From Terriglobia bacterium (GTDB lineage: Bacteria > Acidobacteriota > Terriglobia > 20CM-2-55-15), in assembly GCA_965198225.1 (NCBI GenBank), contig CBDAOY010000004.1:224001-288000 (forward strand): a stretch of 64,000 nt of DNA. The letters are read 5' to 3'. Numbering within the stretch: position 1 is the first letter of the stretch; each line of letters starts with the position of its first letter. The translations under genes were made by a program, and so were the position numbers. Below the pieces are notes generated by a model. The model saw only the letters and a list, made by a program, of their open reading frames with translations, had not been told where the DNA came from and ran no database searches. Shown here piece after piece: positions 41,064-50,705 of this stretch.

Positions 41064-41650
41064 CTATTCTCCCGACTTGCCCGACTTGCCGGATTTGTCC
41101 GATTTGCCGGATTTCGCTGACTTGCCCGACTTGTCTGATTTGCCGGACTTGCCCGATTTTTCCGACTTATCCGATTTGGCCGACTTGTCGGACTTCTCCG
41201 ACCGGCCGTCGATCGCGGCAGTGACGCTTTCGGTTCCCCGGTCATCGCCGACGATCAGCGTGATTTCTGCTGGATTGACCGCAAAAAATCACCCGCATTC
41301 AGCCCGCCGGTAAAGCCTCCTTGAGTATTGGATATTTTCTGCTCCGAAGCGACCGTTCCGTTGGCGTTCATGAAGAGGATCCAGACTGCGCCGCTTTGTG
41401 GACCAAGGTCATCGTCGTTGTTTGCTCCCACCGCCAGATCCGTGACACCGTCGCCATTCAGGTCGCCGAGGTTCGCCACCGAGGCACCAAAAGCGTCGAA
41501 GTCGTCCAGCGTTCCAACGAAGTTTCCCGCTAAATCCGATATCTTTTGTTGCGAACTTACCGTCGTTGCGGCCTCCGCCCACCTGGTGGTTCCTGCCACA
41601 AGCATTCCTGTCACCAACACCGCTGCTGCCACAGTTTCTGCGCGCTTCAT
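41064..41650 (-). pseudogene. Internally deleted secreted FG-GAP (integrin-like) protein with (KSx)n tail
   Basis: Signal plus FGASVANLGDLNGDGVTDLAVGA...GAVWILF joined out of frame near 41283 to AVNPAEITLIVGDDRGTESVTAAIDGRSE(KSx)14E-stop. Confidence 0.82.
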
Positions 41651-41805
41651 GACACCCTCCCGGACCTTTTTGGTGCCCTACTCTACATCCGTGCCTTCGC
41701 AACCGGACAAAAAAAGCTCTTCGGGGATTGTCATTGTGGCGCGATCTTCTCCCTCAGCCCCATGTGGCCTGATTCCTTAATTAGATTAACGGCGAGAAAC
41801 CGCTT

Positions 41806-43212
41806 CTAGCCGGGTTCTGCCGCGGCCGCGAGCCGGTCCAGAACGTGATCCTGGATCCATTTCGGATCCCACCATTCGATGGGGTTGACGGGGACGCCGT
41901 GGAGGAACAGGCCGAAGTGCAGGTGGTCTCCGCCGGCAAGGCCGGTGGCTCCGCTGCGGCCGAGGATCTCCTCTTTCCCGACCATCTGTCCGACCTCGAC
42001 ATCGATCGAGCTCATGTGGGCATACAGGGAAACCAGGCCGGCGCCATGGTCGATGGCAACCGAGTTGCCGTAGATGCCGAAGTAATCGGCGAGGATCACC
42101 CTGCCCGCATTGGCGGCTTCGATGGGGTAGCGTTGGACGACCGACAGGTCGAAGCCGACGTGATCCTGCCGATCGACCTCTTCACCCTGGTACATGTAGG
42201 TCCGCCGGTCGGCGAAGGAGGATTCCACCTGTGAGTTGCTCAGCTGCAGGAACGCACCCTCCCAGAGAAGGCGCTCCTCCGATTGCTTTGAGATTTCCGC
42301 CAGTGTTTCGTGATTTTCCCGCCGAAGCCGGCTGTTGATCTCCACGTAGGTATCGATGAGCTCTCCCTGGTCCCGAACCCCGGGGGTACGGCTGACGATT
42401 TCCGGGACGACTTTCTGGAGAAAGGTGTCGGACAACACGATCTGCCGCCGTCTGAATTCGCGGGGCGTCACGCGGTGACCGATCCCGGCCGTAGACTGGT
42501 TCCCGGCCGCGTCGCGGGCGACGAGTTGAACCGGGGTGTCGGCCGGGAGATCGTATGCGAAGGCGAAAAGCGCGAAGCGCAGTTCCGGATCGGCAGGATC
42601 AACCGGGAGACCCGGGAAGAAGTGTGGGCCGACCTGAATGCCGGAGGCCTCCGCGTCGTCCGACACCCGGTAGAGGGCGCACTCGGACCCGCCCTGGTTG
42701 ATGTAGTGCAGCCCGGATAGTGCTTCGAGCCGGGGCGGGTAGATGTCGAACACGAATTCGCGGGTCATCTCGGTTTGGTTCCCGCTGCCGAAGCCGCGTA
42801 GCGCGTAATCGGCCGCGCTGACGCTCAGGCGGGCCGGTCCATCCTGAACCTGGTACTTCTCGGTGATCAGCATCCCGATGTCGTAGGTCCTGGACTTCTC
42901 CGTTCCGGTTCTCCACAGCGCCAACGCTCCCGGCCCGTCGAACGATTCTTCGACGAGGACGACTTCGCCGTCGTCCTGCGCCAGGACGACGCGCACCTTT
43001 TTCAGGCCACTTGCGGGGTCTTCCACTGTCAGTGCGAGGGCGGGGGTCCGGCCAAGGGCTTCGAATTCCCGGTCGAACAGGACCCGGGGCTCCCGGCTCT
43101 CCAGGCGCGGGTAACCCAGCGCGACTACGACCACGAGGGCCAGGGTTGCGGCGACACCCAGTCGGACAATCAGGGTCTTGCTTGAGAGGGCCGGCTTCGT
43201 GTGTCTGATCAT
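41806..43212 (-). CDS. M23 family metallopeptidase
   Basis: HVGFD, YAH, HLHF motifs; N-terminal TM. Confidence 0.93.
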   Translation of the reverse strand: MIRHTKPALSSKTLIVRLGVAATLALVVVVALGYPRLESREPRVLFDREFEALGRTPALALTVEDPASGLKKVRVVLAQDDGEVVLVEESFDGPGALALWRTGTEKSRTYDIGMLITEKYQVQDGPARLSVSAADYALRGFGSGNQTEMTREFVFDIYPPRLEALSGLHYINQGGSECALYRVSDDAEASGIQVGPHFFPGLPVDPADPELRFALFAFAYDLPADTPVQLVARDAAGNQSTAGIGHRVTPREFRRRQIVLSDTFLQKVVPEIVSRTPGVRDQGELIDTYVEINSRLRRENHETLAEISKQSEERLLWEGAFLQLSNSQVESSFADRRTYMYQGEEVDRQDHVGFDLSVVQRYPIEAANAGRVILADYFGIYGNSVAIDHGAGLVSLYAHMSSIDVEVGQMVGKEEILGRSGATGLAGGDHLHFGLFLHGVPVNPIEWWDPKWIQDHVLDRLAAAAEPG

Positions 43213-43292
43213 GCGACATTCCTACCAGAGCGGGGGATCGATTCTGGTCCCTTTAGGGTATGATCCTCTGACACTTACATGGGAGGGATGAC

Positions 43293-44534
43293 ATGCGGTG
43301 GAATGTGTTCATCGTCGCAGCGGTACTTGGCTTGATCGTGGGTTGGGGCCCCCCGGCAGCGGCCGGACAGGCGCCGGGAGCCCAGGCCGCCGAGCAGGAA
43401 GACCCGGTGGCGGAGCTTGTCGGGCGATTGAGCCTCGAAAGTTACAAGGAAACGCTCCGGGGACTGGCTCAGTTTGGCGACCGCCGGCAGGGCACGGATC
43501 GGAACCGGGCCGCGGTCGACTGGATCGAGCAACAGCTCGAAAGCTTCGGTTGCTCGACTGACAGGATCCACTACGAGTACAACCCGACACCCCGTAGGGG
43601 CGGAGGCGGAGGTCGTGGACGTCGTCCCACGCGGGATCCCGTGATCGCCAGCGGGGAGATCCGCAACGGTCCGGGCGGGTCCCGGTACTACGGCATCACG
43701 CGGCGGACGGGCGTGAACAACGACGCTGACGCCCAGCCGGACGAAAGGCTCCGTGAGCTCAACCGGCAGCCGACGACCCCCGGCGCGCGCGAAGAAGTCT
43801 ACTGCACGAAGGTCGGTTCGACCCGCCCGGACGAGATGTACATCATCGGCGCGCACATGGATGGACACGGCTGGGGCGAGGCCCTGAACGACAACGGGTC
43901 GGGGACCGCACTGGTGATCGAGCTCGCACGCGTCCTGAACATGCCCGACGTCGAGACCGAACGGACGATTCGGTTCGCTCTGTGGAACAACGAGGAAACC
44001 GGTCTGAACGGTTCCCGAGCCTATGTGGAACAGCGTGCGGAACTCCAGGGCATCGAAAACCCGCCTGGGTCGGGACGGTTTCCAGAACCAAACTGGATCG
44101 GAATGATCCAGCACGACATGATGATGTGGGACCATGGCATGCCTCGTGTGGACGGCACGTGGAACCCGGAGCAGCGACCCGAAGCCGACGTCAACATCGA
44201 ATTCCAATCCAATTCAAAGTTCTCCGATCGGGCGATGAGGCTCGCGTTCTTCTTCCGCGCCGCCAACGAGCAGTACGCCACGGATTATCCGGCGGCGGTC
44301 GGGCCTCACATGACCAACACCGACTCGACGCCATTCATGAACCTGGTCCCATCGATCAGCCTTCGTGAAAACGAGCGCGGGATGCACACCGGGGCTGGAT
44401 GGAACCCGACCTGGCATCAGCCGATCGATGTGTTCCCCACGTTCAGCGACAAAGACTTTCGGCTCGGGCTGAATGCCGCGCAGACGACGCTGAGCGCCGT
44501 CAGCCAACTGGCAGGTGCGACGCCGAAGCAATAG
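43293..44534 (+). CDS. M28 family peptidase, secreted
   Basis: IIGAHMD, NDNGSGTA, NEETGLNGS, WHQPID. Confidence 0.9.
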   Translation: MRWNVFIVAAVLGLIVGWGPPAAAGQAPGAQAAEQEDPVAELVGRLSLESYKETLRGLAQFGDRRQGTDRNRAAVDWIEQQLESFGCSTDRIHYEYNPTPRRGGGGGRGRRPTRDPVIASGEIRNGPGGSRYYGITRRTGVNNDADAQPDERLRELNRQPTTPGAREEVYCTKVGSTRPDEMYIIGAHMDGHGWGEALNDNGSGTALVIELARVLNMPDVETERTIRFALWNNEETGLNGSRAYVEQRAELQGIENPPGSGRFPEPNWIGMIQHDMMMWDHGMPRVDGTWNPEQRPEADVNIEFQSNSKFSDRAMRLAFFFRAANEQYATDYPAAVGPHMTNTDSTPFMNLVPSISLRENERGMHTGAGWNPTWHQPIDVFPTFSDKDFRLGLNAAQTTLSAVSQLAGATPKQ

Positions 44535-44727
44535 GCGACGACACGCCTTCCGGCGCCAAATCAGGGTGGCAGTAACCTCGCGCGTTCGCGAGACGTAGTC
44601 AATAGGGGAGCCACAGAGACGTTTTTACAAACCTTAACCGGACGACGCTTGAAATCGGGATCACGAGCATGCTTCTCTCAGAAGGTGCTCCTTCTTTGTC
44701 GTGTCTTGTGTTCGAGCGCGCCTGTGG

Positions 44728-45477
44728 ATGAGTAACGTCACCACAACCGAGACCCGCAGCAGCGGTTTTGAAATCAAGTTCGTTCTCGACGCGCCGGTCG
44801 CCGAGGGTATTGTCGATTGGGCGCGCGCCAACCTGAAGCCCGATCCCCACGCTTCGGGCCCCTGGGGTGACGAGTACCTCACCACAAACCTCTACTTCGA
44901 CACCGACGCTTTCGACACCTTCCATCGCCGCGGTTCCTACGGCCGTGCCAAGTATCGCACCCGCCGCTACGGCGACGACGAGAGCCTTTTCCTGGAGCGC
45001 AAGTTGAGGAAGGCCGAGCGCGTGAACAAGCGGAGAACGAAGGTTCGCGTCGACGAGATGAGCCGGCTCAACGGAAGCGAGAGGGTGTCGGGGTGGGCTG
45101 GCAAGTGGTTCCACCGTCGCTTGCGGCTGCGGAGTCTTCAGCCCGTGTGTCAGGTTGCCTACCGGCGGATGGCGCGTGTCGCCACCGGGGTGCACGGACC
45201 GATCCGTCTCACGGCCGACCGCGACATCCGCGTCTGGCCGACCAGGGAGCTGACCTTCGTCAACGGCACCGGGAGGCCGATCGAAGAGTCGAAGGTCCTG
45301 GTCGAGTTCAAGTTCGCCGTCGCCATGCCTGCACTGTTCGAGGAACTCGTCGAAGATTTCAAACTGGAACCGGTGCAGGTGTCGAAGTACCGCGTGGGCG
45401 TCGGTGCGCTCTACGGGCTCGAAGACTCCGCCGACGCCGAGCTGGTGCGCGACGTCGGAGGTTCTGGCGATGCCTGA
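44728..45477 (+). CDS. VTC domain (polyphosphate polymerase-like) protein
   Basis: EIKF, LYFDT, KYRTRRY, LERK, YRRMA, IRLTAD, VEFKF, SKY. Confidence 0.92.
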   Translation: MSNVTTTETRSSGFEIKFVLDAPVAEGIVDWARANLKPDPHASGPWGDEYLTTNLYFDTDAFDTFHRRGSYGRAKYRTRRYGDDESLFLERKLRKAERVNKRRTKVRVDEMSRLNGSERVSGWAGKWFHRRLRLRSLQPVCQVAYRRMARVATGVHGPIRLTADRDIRVWPTRELTFVNGTGRPIEESKVLVEFKFAVAMPALFEELVEDFKLEPVQVSKYRVGVGALYGLEDSADAELVRDVGGSGDA

Positions 45478-46168
45478 GTTCCTGCGGGCACAGTTTGAGG
45501 GAGGGTTTGCGTTGTCGCCCCTTACTGTCGCCGTTCGGCTCGTCGCGGCGATGGTCCTGGGCGGTGTCGTTGTGTTCGTCTACAGACGCACCCGGGCGGC
45601 CGAAGATGTCGTTCCGTCGTTTACGACGACGTTGCTGCTTCTTGCGATTCTTATCGCGATGGTGACGCAGGTGATCGGCGACAACGTGGCCCGTGCGTTC
45701 AGTCTCGTCGGCGCCCTGTCCATCGTCCGGTTTCGTACGGTTGTTCGAGACACGCAGGATACCGCTTACGTCATTTTCGCCGTCGTCGTCGGTATGGCCG
45801 CGGGCGCCGGCGATCCGTGGGTGGCCGGGATCGGAATCTTCATCGTATCGTTTGCCGCCTACCTGGCGCGCAGCTCGCAGGGAGCTCCTGTGATACAGGC
45901 GATCGAGGGCGGGGAGACATGCACACTCAAGCTGAAGGTTGGGCTCGGACACGATGTGAACCGAGGGGTCGTTCCCGTCATCGACGAGCATCTCTCCGGG
46001 CGACGCCTCAAATCGATGGGAACGTCGGCGGAAGGCTCGGCCATCGATGTCGCTTACGAGGTGGACCTTCCGGCGGACGATTCCGCCGAGGCGTTGATCA
46101 AAGCACTGAACCAGCTGGACGGCGTACAGAACGTGCAAATACAGCGTCGCAAACCAAAGGGGAATTGA
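45470..46168 (+). CDS. DUF4956 family membrane protein
   Basis: VIGDNVARAFSLVGALSIVRFRT...GMAAGAG; overlaps VTC stop. Confidence 0.92.
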   Translation: MPEFLRAQFEGGFALSPLTVAVRLVAAMVLGGVVVFVYRRTRAAEDVVPSFTTTLLLLAILIAMVTQVIGDNVARAFSLVGALSIVRFRTVVRDTQDTAYVIFAVVVGMAAGAGDPWVAGIGIFIVSFAAYLARSSQGAPVIQAIEGGETCTLKLKVGLGHDVNRGVVPVIDEHLSGRRLKSMGTSAEGSAIDVAYEVDLPADDSAEALIKALNQLDGVQNVQIQRRKPKGN

Positions 46169-46181
46169 GGAGGGCAAGACT

Positions 46182-47702
46182 ATGAAAGCACTCGCCGGCT
46201 TCATCGCGGCATCGACCGCCTGTTTCGCCGTGATTGCGATCACCCACGGATCTACCGCCGAGCTAACGCAGCGGGCCGGTCGAGGCCGAGGAGGCGGCGA
46301 TCCCACTGCCGGTCTGGTCGAGTTGGAGATCGTCGACCGGTTCGACACGGATGGCGATGGCATGCTGAATACCGAAGAACGCGTTCCAGCCCGTGAGTTC
46401 ATGGCGAGTCAACCCGCCCGGCGCGGCCCCCGGGGGGATCGCCCGCCGGCGCCCGAACCCGGCGCCATGCTGTCACCGGAAGATGTGACGATCTATGACA
46501 ACGAGCCGCTCTACGACATGTCGGTGCTGCGCACCCTGTTCTTCGAATTCGAGAGCGAGGAGTGGGAGGATGAACTCGGCGTGTTCCGGTTCTCGGACGT
46601 CGAGATACCCGCCACCCTGAGGGTCGACGGCGGGGTCTACAACGATGTCGGCGTCTCGTTCCGGGGCGCGTCGTCGTACTTCACGGTGTGGCCGGGACTC
46701 AAGCGTTCACTGAACGTGTCGCTCGATCTGGTGCTTGGTGATCAGCGGCTCGCCGGCCACCGCACGCTGAACCTGCTCAACTCGCACGCAGACCCGACGT
46801 TTCTGCGTTCCGTGCTCTGCTTCGAAGTATCGCGCGACTACCTGCCGGCTCCGAGGGCCAACTTCGTACGGGTGGTCATCAACGGCGAAAGCTGGGGCGT
46901 GTACGTGAACTCCGAACAGTTCAACAGCGATTTCGTGCGCGATTCCTTCCAGACCAGAGGCGGCGCCCGCTGGAAAGTGAAGGGCAATCCTCGTGGCGGA
47001 CGTGGCCTCGAATACTTCGGCCCCGACGTCGCCGCTTACAAGCGTGTGTACGATATCAAGACGAAGGACGATCCGGATTCCTGGACCGACCTCATCGAGC
47101 TGACTCGTGTGTTGAACGAGACGCCGCCGGAGGGGCTTGAAGCCGCCCTCGATCCTATACTCGACATTGACGGGGTCCTGAAGTTTCTCGCCCTGGACGT
47201 CGTGCTCCTCAACGGCGATGGATACTGGACCCGGGCGAGCGATTACAACATCTATCAGGATCCGGACGGGCGGTTCCACCTGGTTCCTCACGACGCCAAC
47301 GAGACATTCCGTGTCCCCGGGGTCGGGGGGCGTGGTGGGGCAGGCGGCCGGGGCCCCCGCGGAGGGTTTCGCGGCCGCGGTGGGAGAGGGGGTCGCGTCG
47401 GCCCACGGGCGACCATCGATCTCGATCCTCTCGTCGGCCTCGACGACGCGGGCAAGCCGCTACGCTCGAAACTGTTGGCTGTACCGGCCCTGCGGGAACG
47501 GTATTTGGGTTACGTGCGTGACATCGCGACGAAGTGGCTCGACTGGGAGAAGCTGGAACCGATCATCGAGCGCTACCGCGCAATCATCGCTGCCGACGTG
47601 GAGGCCGACACCCGCAAGCTTTATAGCCTCGAAGATTTCCAGCGGGGTGCTGAAGCCTTCAAGAGCTTCGCCGAACAGCGGCGGGCCTTCCTTCTCAAGT
47701 AG
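46182..47702 (+). CDS. CotH kinase family protein, secreted, with EF-hand
   Basis: VGVSFRGASS, KRSLNV, LNLLN, INGESWGVY..SEQ, NGDGY...DYNIY, PHDANETF; DTDGDGMLNTEE. Confidence 0.92.
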   Translation: MKALAGFIAASTACFAVIAITHGSTAELTQRAGRGRGGGDPTAGLVELEIVDRFDTDGDGMLNTEERVPAREFMASQPARRGPRGDRPPAPEPGAMLSPEDVTIYDNEPLYDMSVLRTLFFEFESEEWEDELGVFRFSDVEIPATLRVDGGVYNDVGVSFRGASSYFTVWPGLKRSLNVSLDLVLGDQRLAGHRTLNLLNSHADPTFLRSVLCFEVSRDYLPAPRANFVRVVINGESWGVYVNSEQFNSDFVRDSFQTRGGARWKVKGNPRGGRGLEYFGPDVAAYKRVYDIKTKDDPDSWTDLIELTRVLNETPPEGLEAALDPILDIDGVLKFLALDVVLLNGDGYWTRASDYNIYQDPDGRFHLVPHDANETFRVPGVGGRGGAGGRGPRGGFRGRGGRGGRVGPRATIDLDPLVGLDDAGKPLRSKLLAVPALRERYLGYVRDIATKWLDWEKLEPIIERYRAIIAADVEADTRKLYSLEDFQRGAEAFKSFAEQRRAFLLK

Positions 47703-47719
47703 CCAAAAACGAATGAGAC

Positions 47720-47750
47720 AAAATGGGGACAGACTCATCTGTCCCCATTT
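47720..47750. terminator. Hairpin after CotH operon
   Basis: AAAATGGGGACAGA-CTCA-TCTGTCCCCATTTT between convergent genes. Confidence 0.55.
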
Positions 47751-47827
47751 TTCTCAGTCGCGTAAAAGTCGGGGAACTGACCTCGACTATTGCCCCCTCC
47801 GGGTCTCCCCGCCTCCGTGGTAAATCC

Positions 47828-49150
47828 TTACTGTCCAGTGCGCAGCGCCGCCCGGTCGACCGCGTCCCCTCTCAGGTACACGCTGTCAATCCTGCGCGTG
47901 TTCCTGATGTCGTCCAGAGGATTGGCGTCGAGGACGATGAAATTGGCGCTCTTGCCTCCGGCCACCGTACCCTGATCTGCCAGCATGAGGATTTCCGCGG
48001 AGGTGCTCGTCGCGGCCACGAGGACTTCGGCCGGCGTCATTCCCGCCGTCACCATGTCGGCCATTTCTTCATGAACGTTCCATCCGGCGCCCCGGCCGTC
48101 GGTACCCACGCCGATCCGGACACCTGCGTCCTTCATTCGCACCAAGTTGCGCGCTTGAATCTGGAAGGATTCACTTGGCCCATCCGAGGCTTGGTCAGCC
48201 AGCTGCTCGCGCATGCCTTCGATCTCTTCGGGCGAAAGGGTCTCACTCAGAAAGCCCAAATCGGCTTCCGTCCGTGTTCCGCTGCCCGGGAGGTTGGGTA
48301 TCAGGAAGAAGTCGGGCCGCTCGGCGAGGAGTTCCATGAACTCGTCGTCAACGTCCATGTCGCGGACCCCGTGAGCGAAACCGTCCAGGCCGGCGCGGAC
48401 CAAACCCTTGGCGTCGGCCAGGCTGAAGATGTGCGCCGTCACCCGGAGGCCCTGGTTATGGGCTTCATCGATGATCGCCCCGTAGAGTGCCGGGGTCAGC
48501 TTCTCGACAGTCCCTCTTCTGTCGTCGACCCAGATCTTGACGATATCCACGTTTTGCCCGGCCAGTTCCTGAATCGCGGTGCGGCACTCATCTTCGTTCG
48601 TTACGCCGTAGGCGACGGGTTTCATGTACGCGGAGCCCGGTCCAGCCATCGGCATAGCGATCCCCGCACCGGCGGTGCGGAACAGAGCGGCACCCGGTAT
48701 CGTCTCCTGGCGTAACTGGAACGGCGCCTCGCCCTGATCGCCGCCCATGCTCAGACCGGCAGCGATCCCGTGGTAGGCCATCCGATTCAGCTGGTCGATC
48801 AGGTTTTCCCTGGAATAATTGTCCGCCTCGCTGGTCCTCGCCATCACATCGGTGTATCCCGCGTGGTAATGGAGATCGATGATGGCCGGCATGACGGTCT
48901 TGCCGGTCAGGTCGACGCGTGTCCCGCCGGCCGGCAGCTCCAGCTCTCCGGCGCTTCCGACCGCGGTAAAGCGACCGTTCTCGACGATGAAGGCGGAGTT
49001 CTCGATCGGGCCGCTGTCGTCTCCGATGATGAGTCGCGCTCCTTCGAACAGGACCGCGTCCGACGTCTCCACCGGCGGAGCTTCCTGAGGGCCGCAACCC
49101 GCCACCCAGAGCAGACAACAAAGCGCCACCGCTATTGTTTGCAATCGCAT
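47828..49150 (-). CDS. Amidohydrolase family lipoprotein
   Basis: VAGC lipobox, MPAIIDLHYH, TAH, FAH, GTD, VLDANPLDDI. Confidence 0.9.
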   Translation of the reverse strand: MRLQTIAVALCCLLWVAGCGPQEAPPVETSDAVLFEGARLIIGDDSGPIENSAFIVENGRFTAVGSAGELELPAGGTRVDLTGKTVMPAIIDLHYHAGYTDVMARTSEADNYSRENLIDQLNRMAYHGIAAGLSMGGDQGEAPFQLRQETIPGAALFRTAGAGIAMPMAGPGSAYMKPVAYGVTNEDECRTAIQELAGQNVDIVKIWVDDRRGTVEKLTPALYGAIIDEAHNQGLRVTAHIFSLADAKGLVRAGLDGFAHGVRDMDVDDEFMELLAERPDFFLIPNLPGSGTRTEADLGFLSETLSPEEIEGMREQLADQASDGPSESFQIQARNLVRMKDAGVRIGVGTDGRGAGWNVHEEMADMVTAGMTPAEVLVAATSTSAEILMLADQGTVAGGKSANFIVLDANPLDDIRNTRRIDSVYLRGDAVDRAALRTGQ

Positions 49151-49459
49151 GAACCCTCCTCACAATCGTGATAATTCCCGTCACCCGATTGTCATGGAAT
49201 GCGCCATTCTACCCCAACCCTTCCGGAGTGGCCCGCACTGTTCGGCAGGTCAGTTTCGTTCCTTTGTCTTGAAACTTTGATTGACCCCGCGCTTCAGCCT
49301 GACAGATGATCGACGAAATCCGGTCTCCGCTGCAGCAGGAATGGCCGGAGAGACATCAGCGCCGTTCGCAATCATGGCGGCGACCGCATCGCGGGAGGAG
49401 CAAATGAAACTCAGAACGACGGTAGGTGTCCTTCCGGAACGGGGAAACTCTGCGAGCGG

Positions 49460-49527
49460 GTATAGCGCTCTCTATGAGCACACATCGTTGCGCCCGGAGA
49501 ATGTGCGGTCGTAGACCGCACCTACAC
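49460..49527. repeat. Degenerate REPIN-like doublet
   Basis: CGCTCTCTATGAGCACAC ... GTGCGGTCGTAGACCGCACCTACAC. Confidence 0.75.
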
Positions 49528-49690
49528 CTCGTTCGGCCCACGCGGTTCTCAAACCGTCCGCCACCGTTTTCCTGACGGTGTAACTTTGGTTGCTTCCAAC
49601 CTCTTCCTTTCGTATTATTCGCCCAGTTTCCCAACGCGTACCCTCGGTCCCGGTAGAGGGTATGGAATGGCCAACAGCGCAGGAGGAAAT

Positions 49691-50683
49691 ATGTCCCGGA
49701 TGATCATTTGCTTCGCCTCCATTCTCCTCGTGGCGACGAACACCGTTGCGGCTTCGGCCCAGGGTTCGTTGCTCACGGTCCGCGGCAGAATCTCCTACGA
49801 GCCTCAACCGCCGGACCGAGAATTCCTGATCGAATTGCAGACGAGCGATCGGCGGGTGATCGACACAACCCGCCTGCGTGCGGACAACGAGTTTCAATTC
49901 CAGGGCCTCATAAGCGGCGAGTACTACATCCACATCGACGTCGAAGGGTACCAGGAAGTCCAGCAGTCCTTCGAAATCCGGGGCGGACCAACCTACGTTA
50001 ATGTTTCGCTGCGAGAAAATGTCACGACGATGGCCGCAGCACGGAGCGGTTTTGCCGGCGGCAACCCTAATGTAGTCGATATCGCGGCACTGGCGGCGAA
50101 ACATCCCGAAGAAGCGGTCGAGGAATATGAGAAGTCGCTGGAGGATTCCCGGAAGGGAGACTCGAAGCGCGCGATCGAGAGGCTCGAGAAAGCTCTTCGT
50201 CTCGCCCCGGACTTTTACCAGGCACGGAACAACCTCGGGATTCAGTACCAGCAGTCGAATCGTTATGAGGACGCCGAAAGGGAATTCAGGCAAGCCCACT
50301 CCCTGAACCGGAACGAGGCGCAACCGCTGATCAACATCGGAAACCTCTGGCTGGTGCAGGAGGATTTCCAGCCGGCGTCGATCGTCCTGCGCGAGGCGGT
50401 CCGACTCGATCCCACCTCGGCGGCGGCTTTCTACTACCTGGGGTCGGCGCTGTACAAGACGGCAGCCTTCGAGGAAGCCGAGGGCGCACTGTCCCGTTCG
50501 ATCGACCTCGATCCGGCTTCCTCGCAGGCGAGGTTGATGCTCGTCAACGTTTACATGCAGCAGGAGAGGTACAACGACGCGCTGGCACAGCTGGACACGT
50601 ACCTCGAGCGCAATCCCGACGACGACGACCGGAAGGCGGTGGAGGAAATGCGAGCCACGGTGGCGAAGCTGGCGAACCAGTAA
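49691..50683 (+). CDS. Secreted TPR protein with carboxypeptidase-regulatory-like domain
   Basis: AGGAGG RBS, signal, FQFQGLISGEY, multiple TPRs. Confidence 0.88.
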   Translation: MSRMIICFASILLVATNTVAASAQGSLLTVRGRISYEPQPPDREFLIELQTSDRRVIDTTRLRADNEFQFQGLISGEYYIHIDVEGYQEVQQSFEIRGGPTYVNVSLRENVTTMAAARSGFAGGNPNVVDIAALAAKHPEEAVEEYEKSLEDSRKGDSKRAIERLEKALRLAPDFYQARNNLGIQYQQSNRYEDAEREFRQAHSLNRNEAQPLINIGNLWLVQEDFQPASIVLREAVRLDPTSAAAFYYLGSALYKTAAFEEAEGALSRSIDLDPASSQARLMLVNVYMQQERYNDALAQLDTYLERNPDDDDRKAVEEMRATVAKLANQ

Positions 50684-50705
50684 GCGCCGAGCTTGGCCGA
50701 TACCC

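Noticed and set aside
41283-41288. Phase variation or programmed frameshift at the T6 run
   Set aside because: Run is short and both flanking domains are truncated, fitting a deletion or collapse
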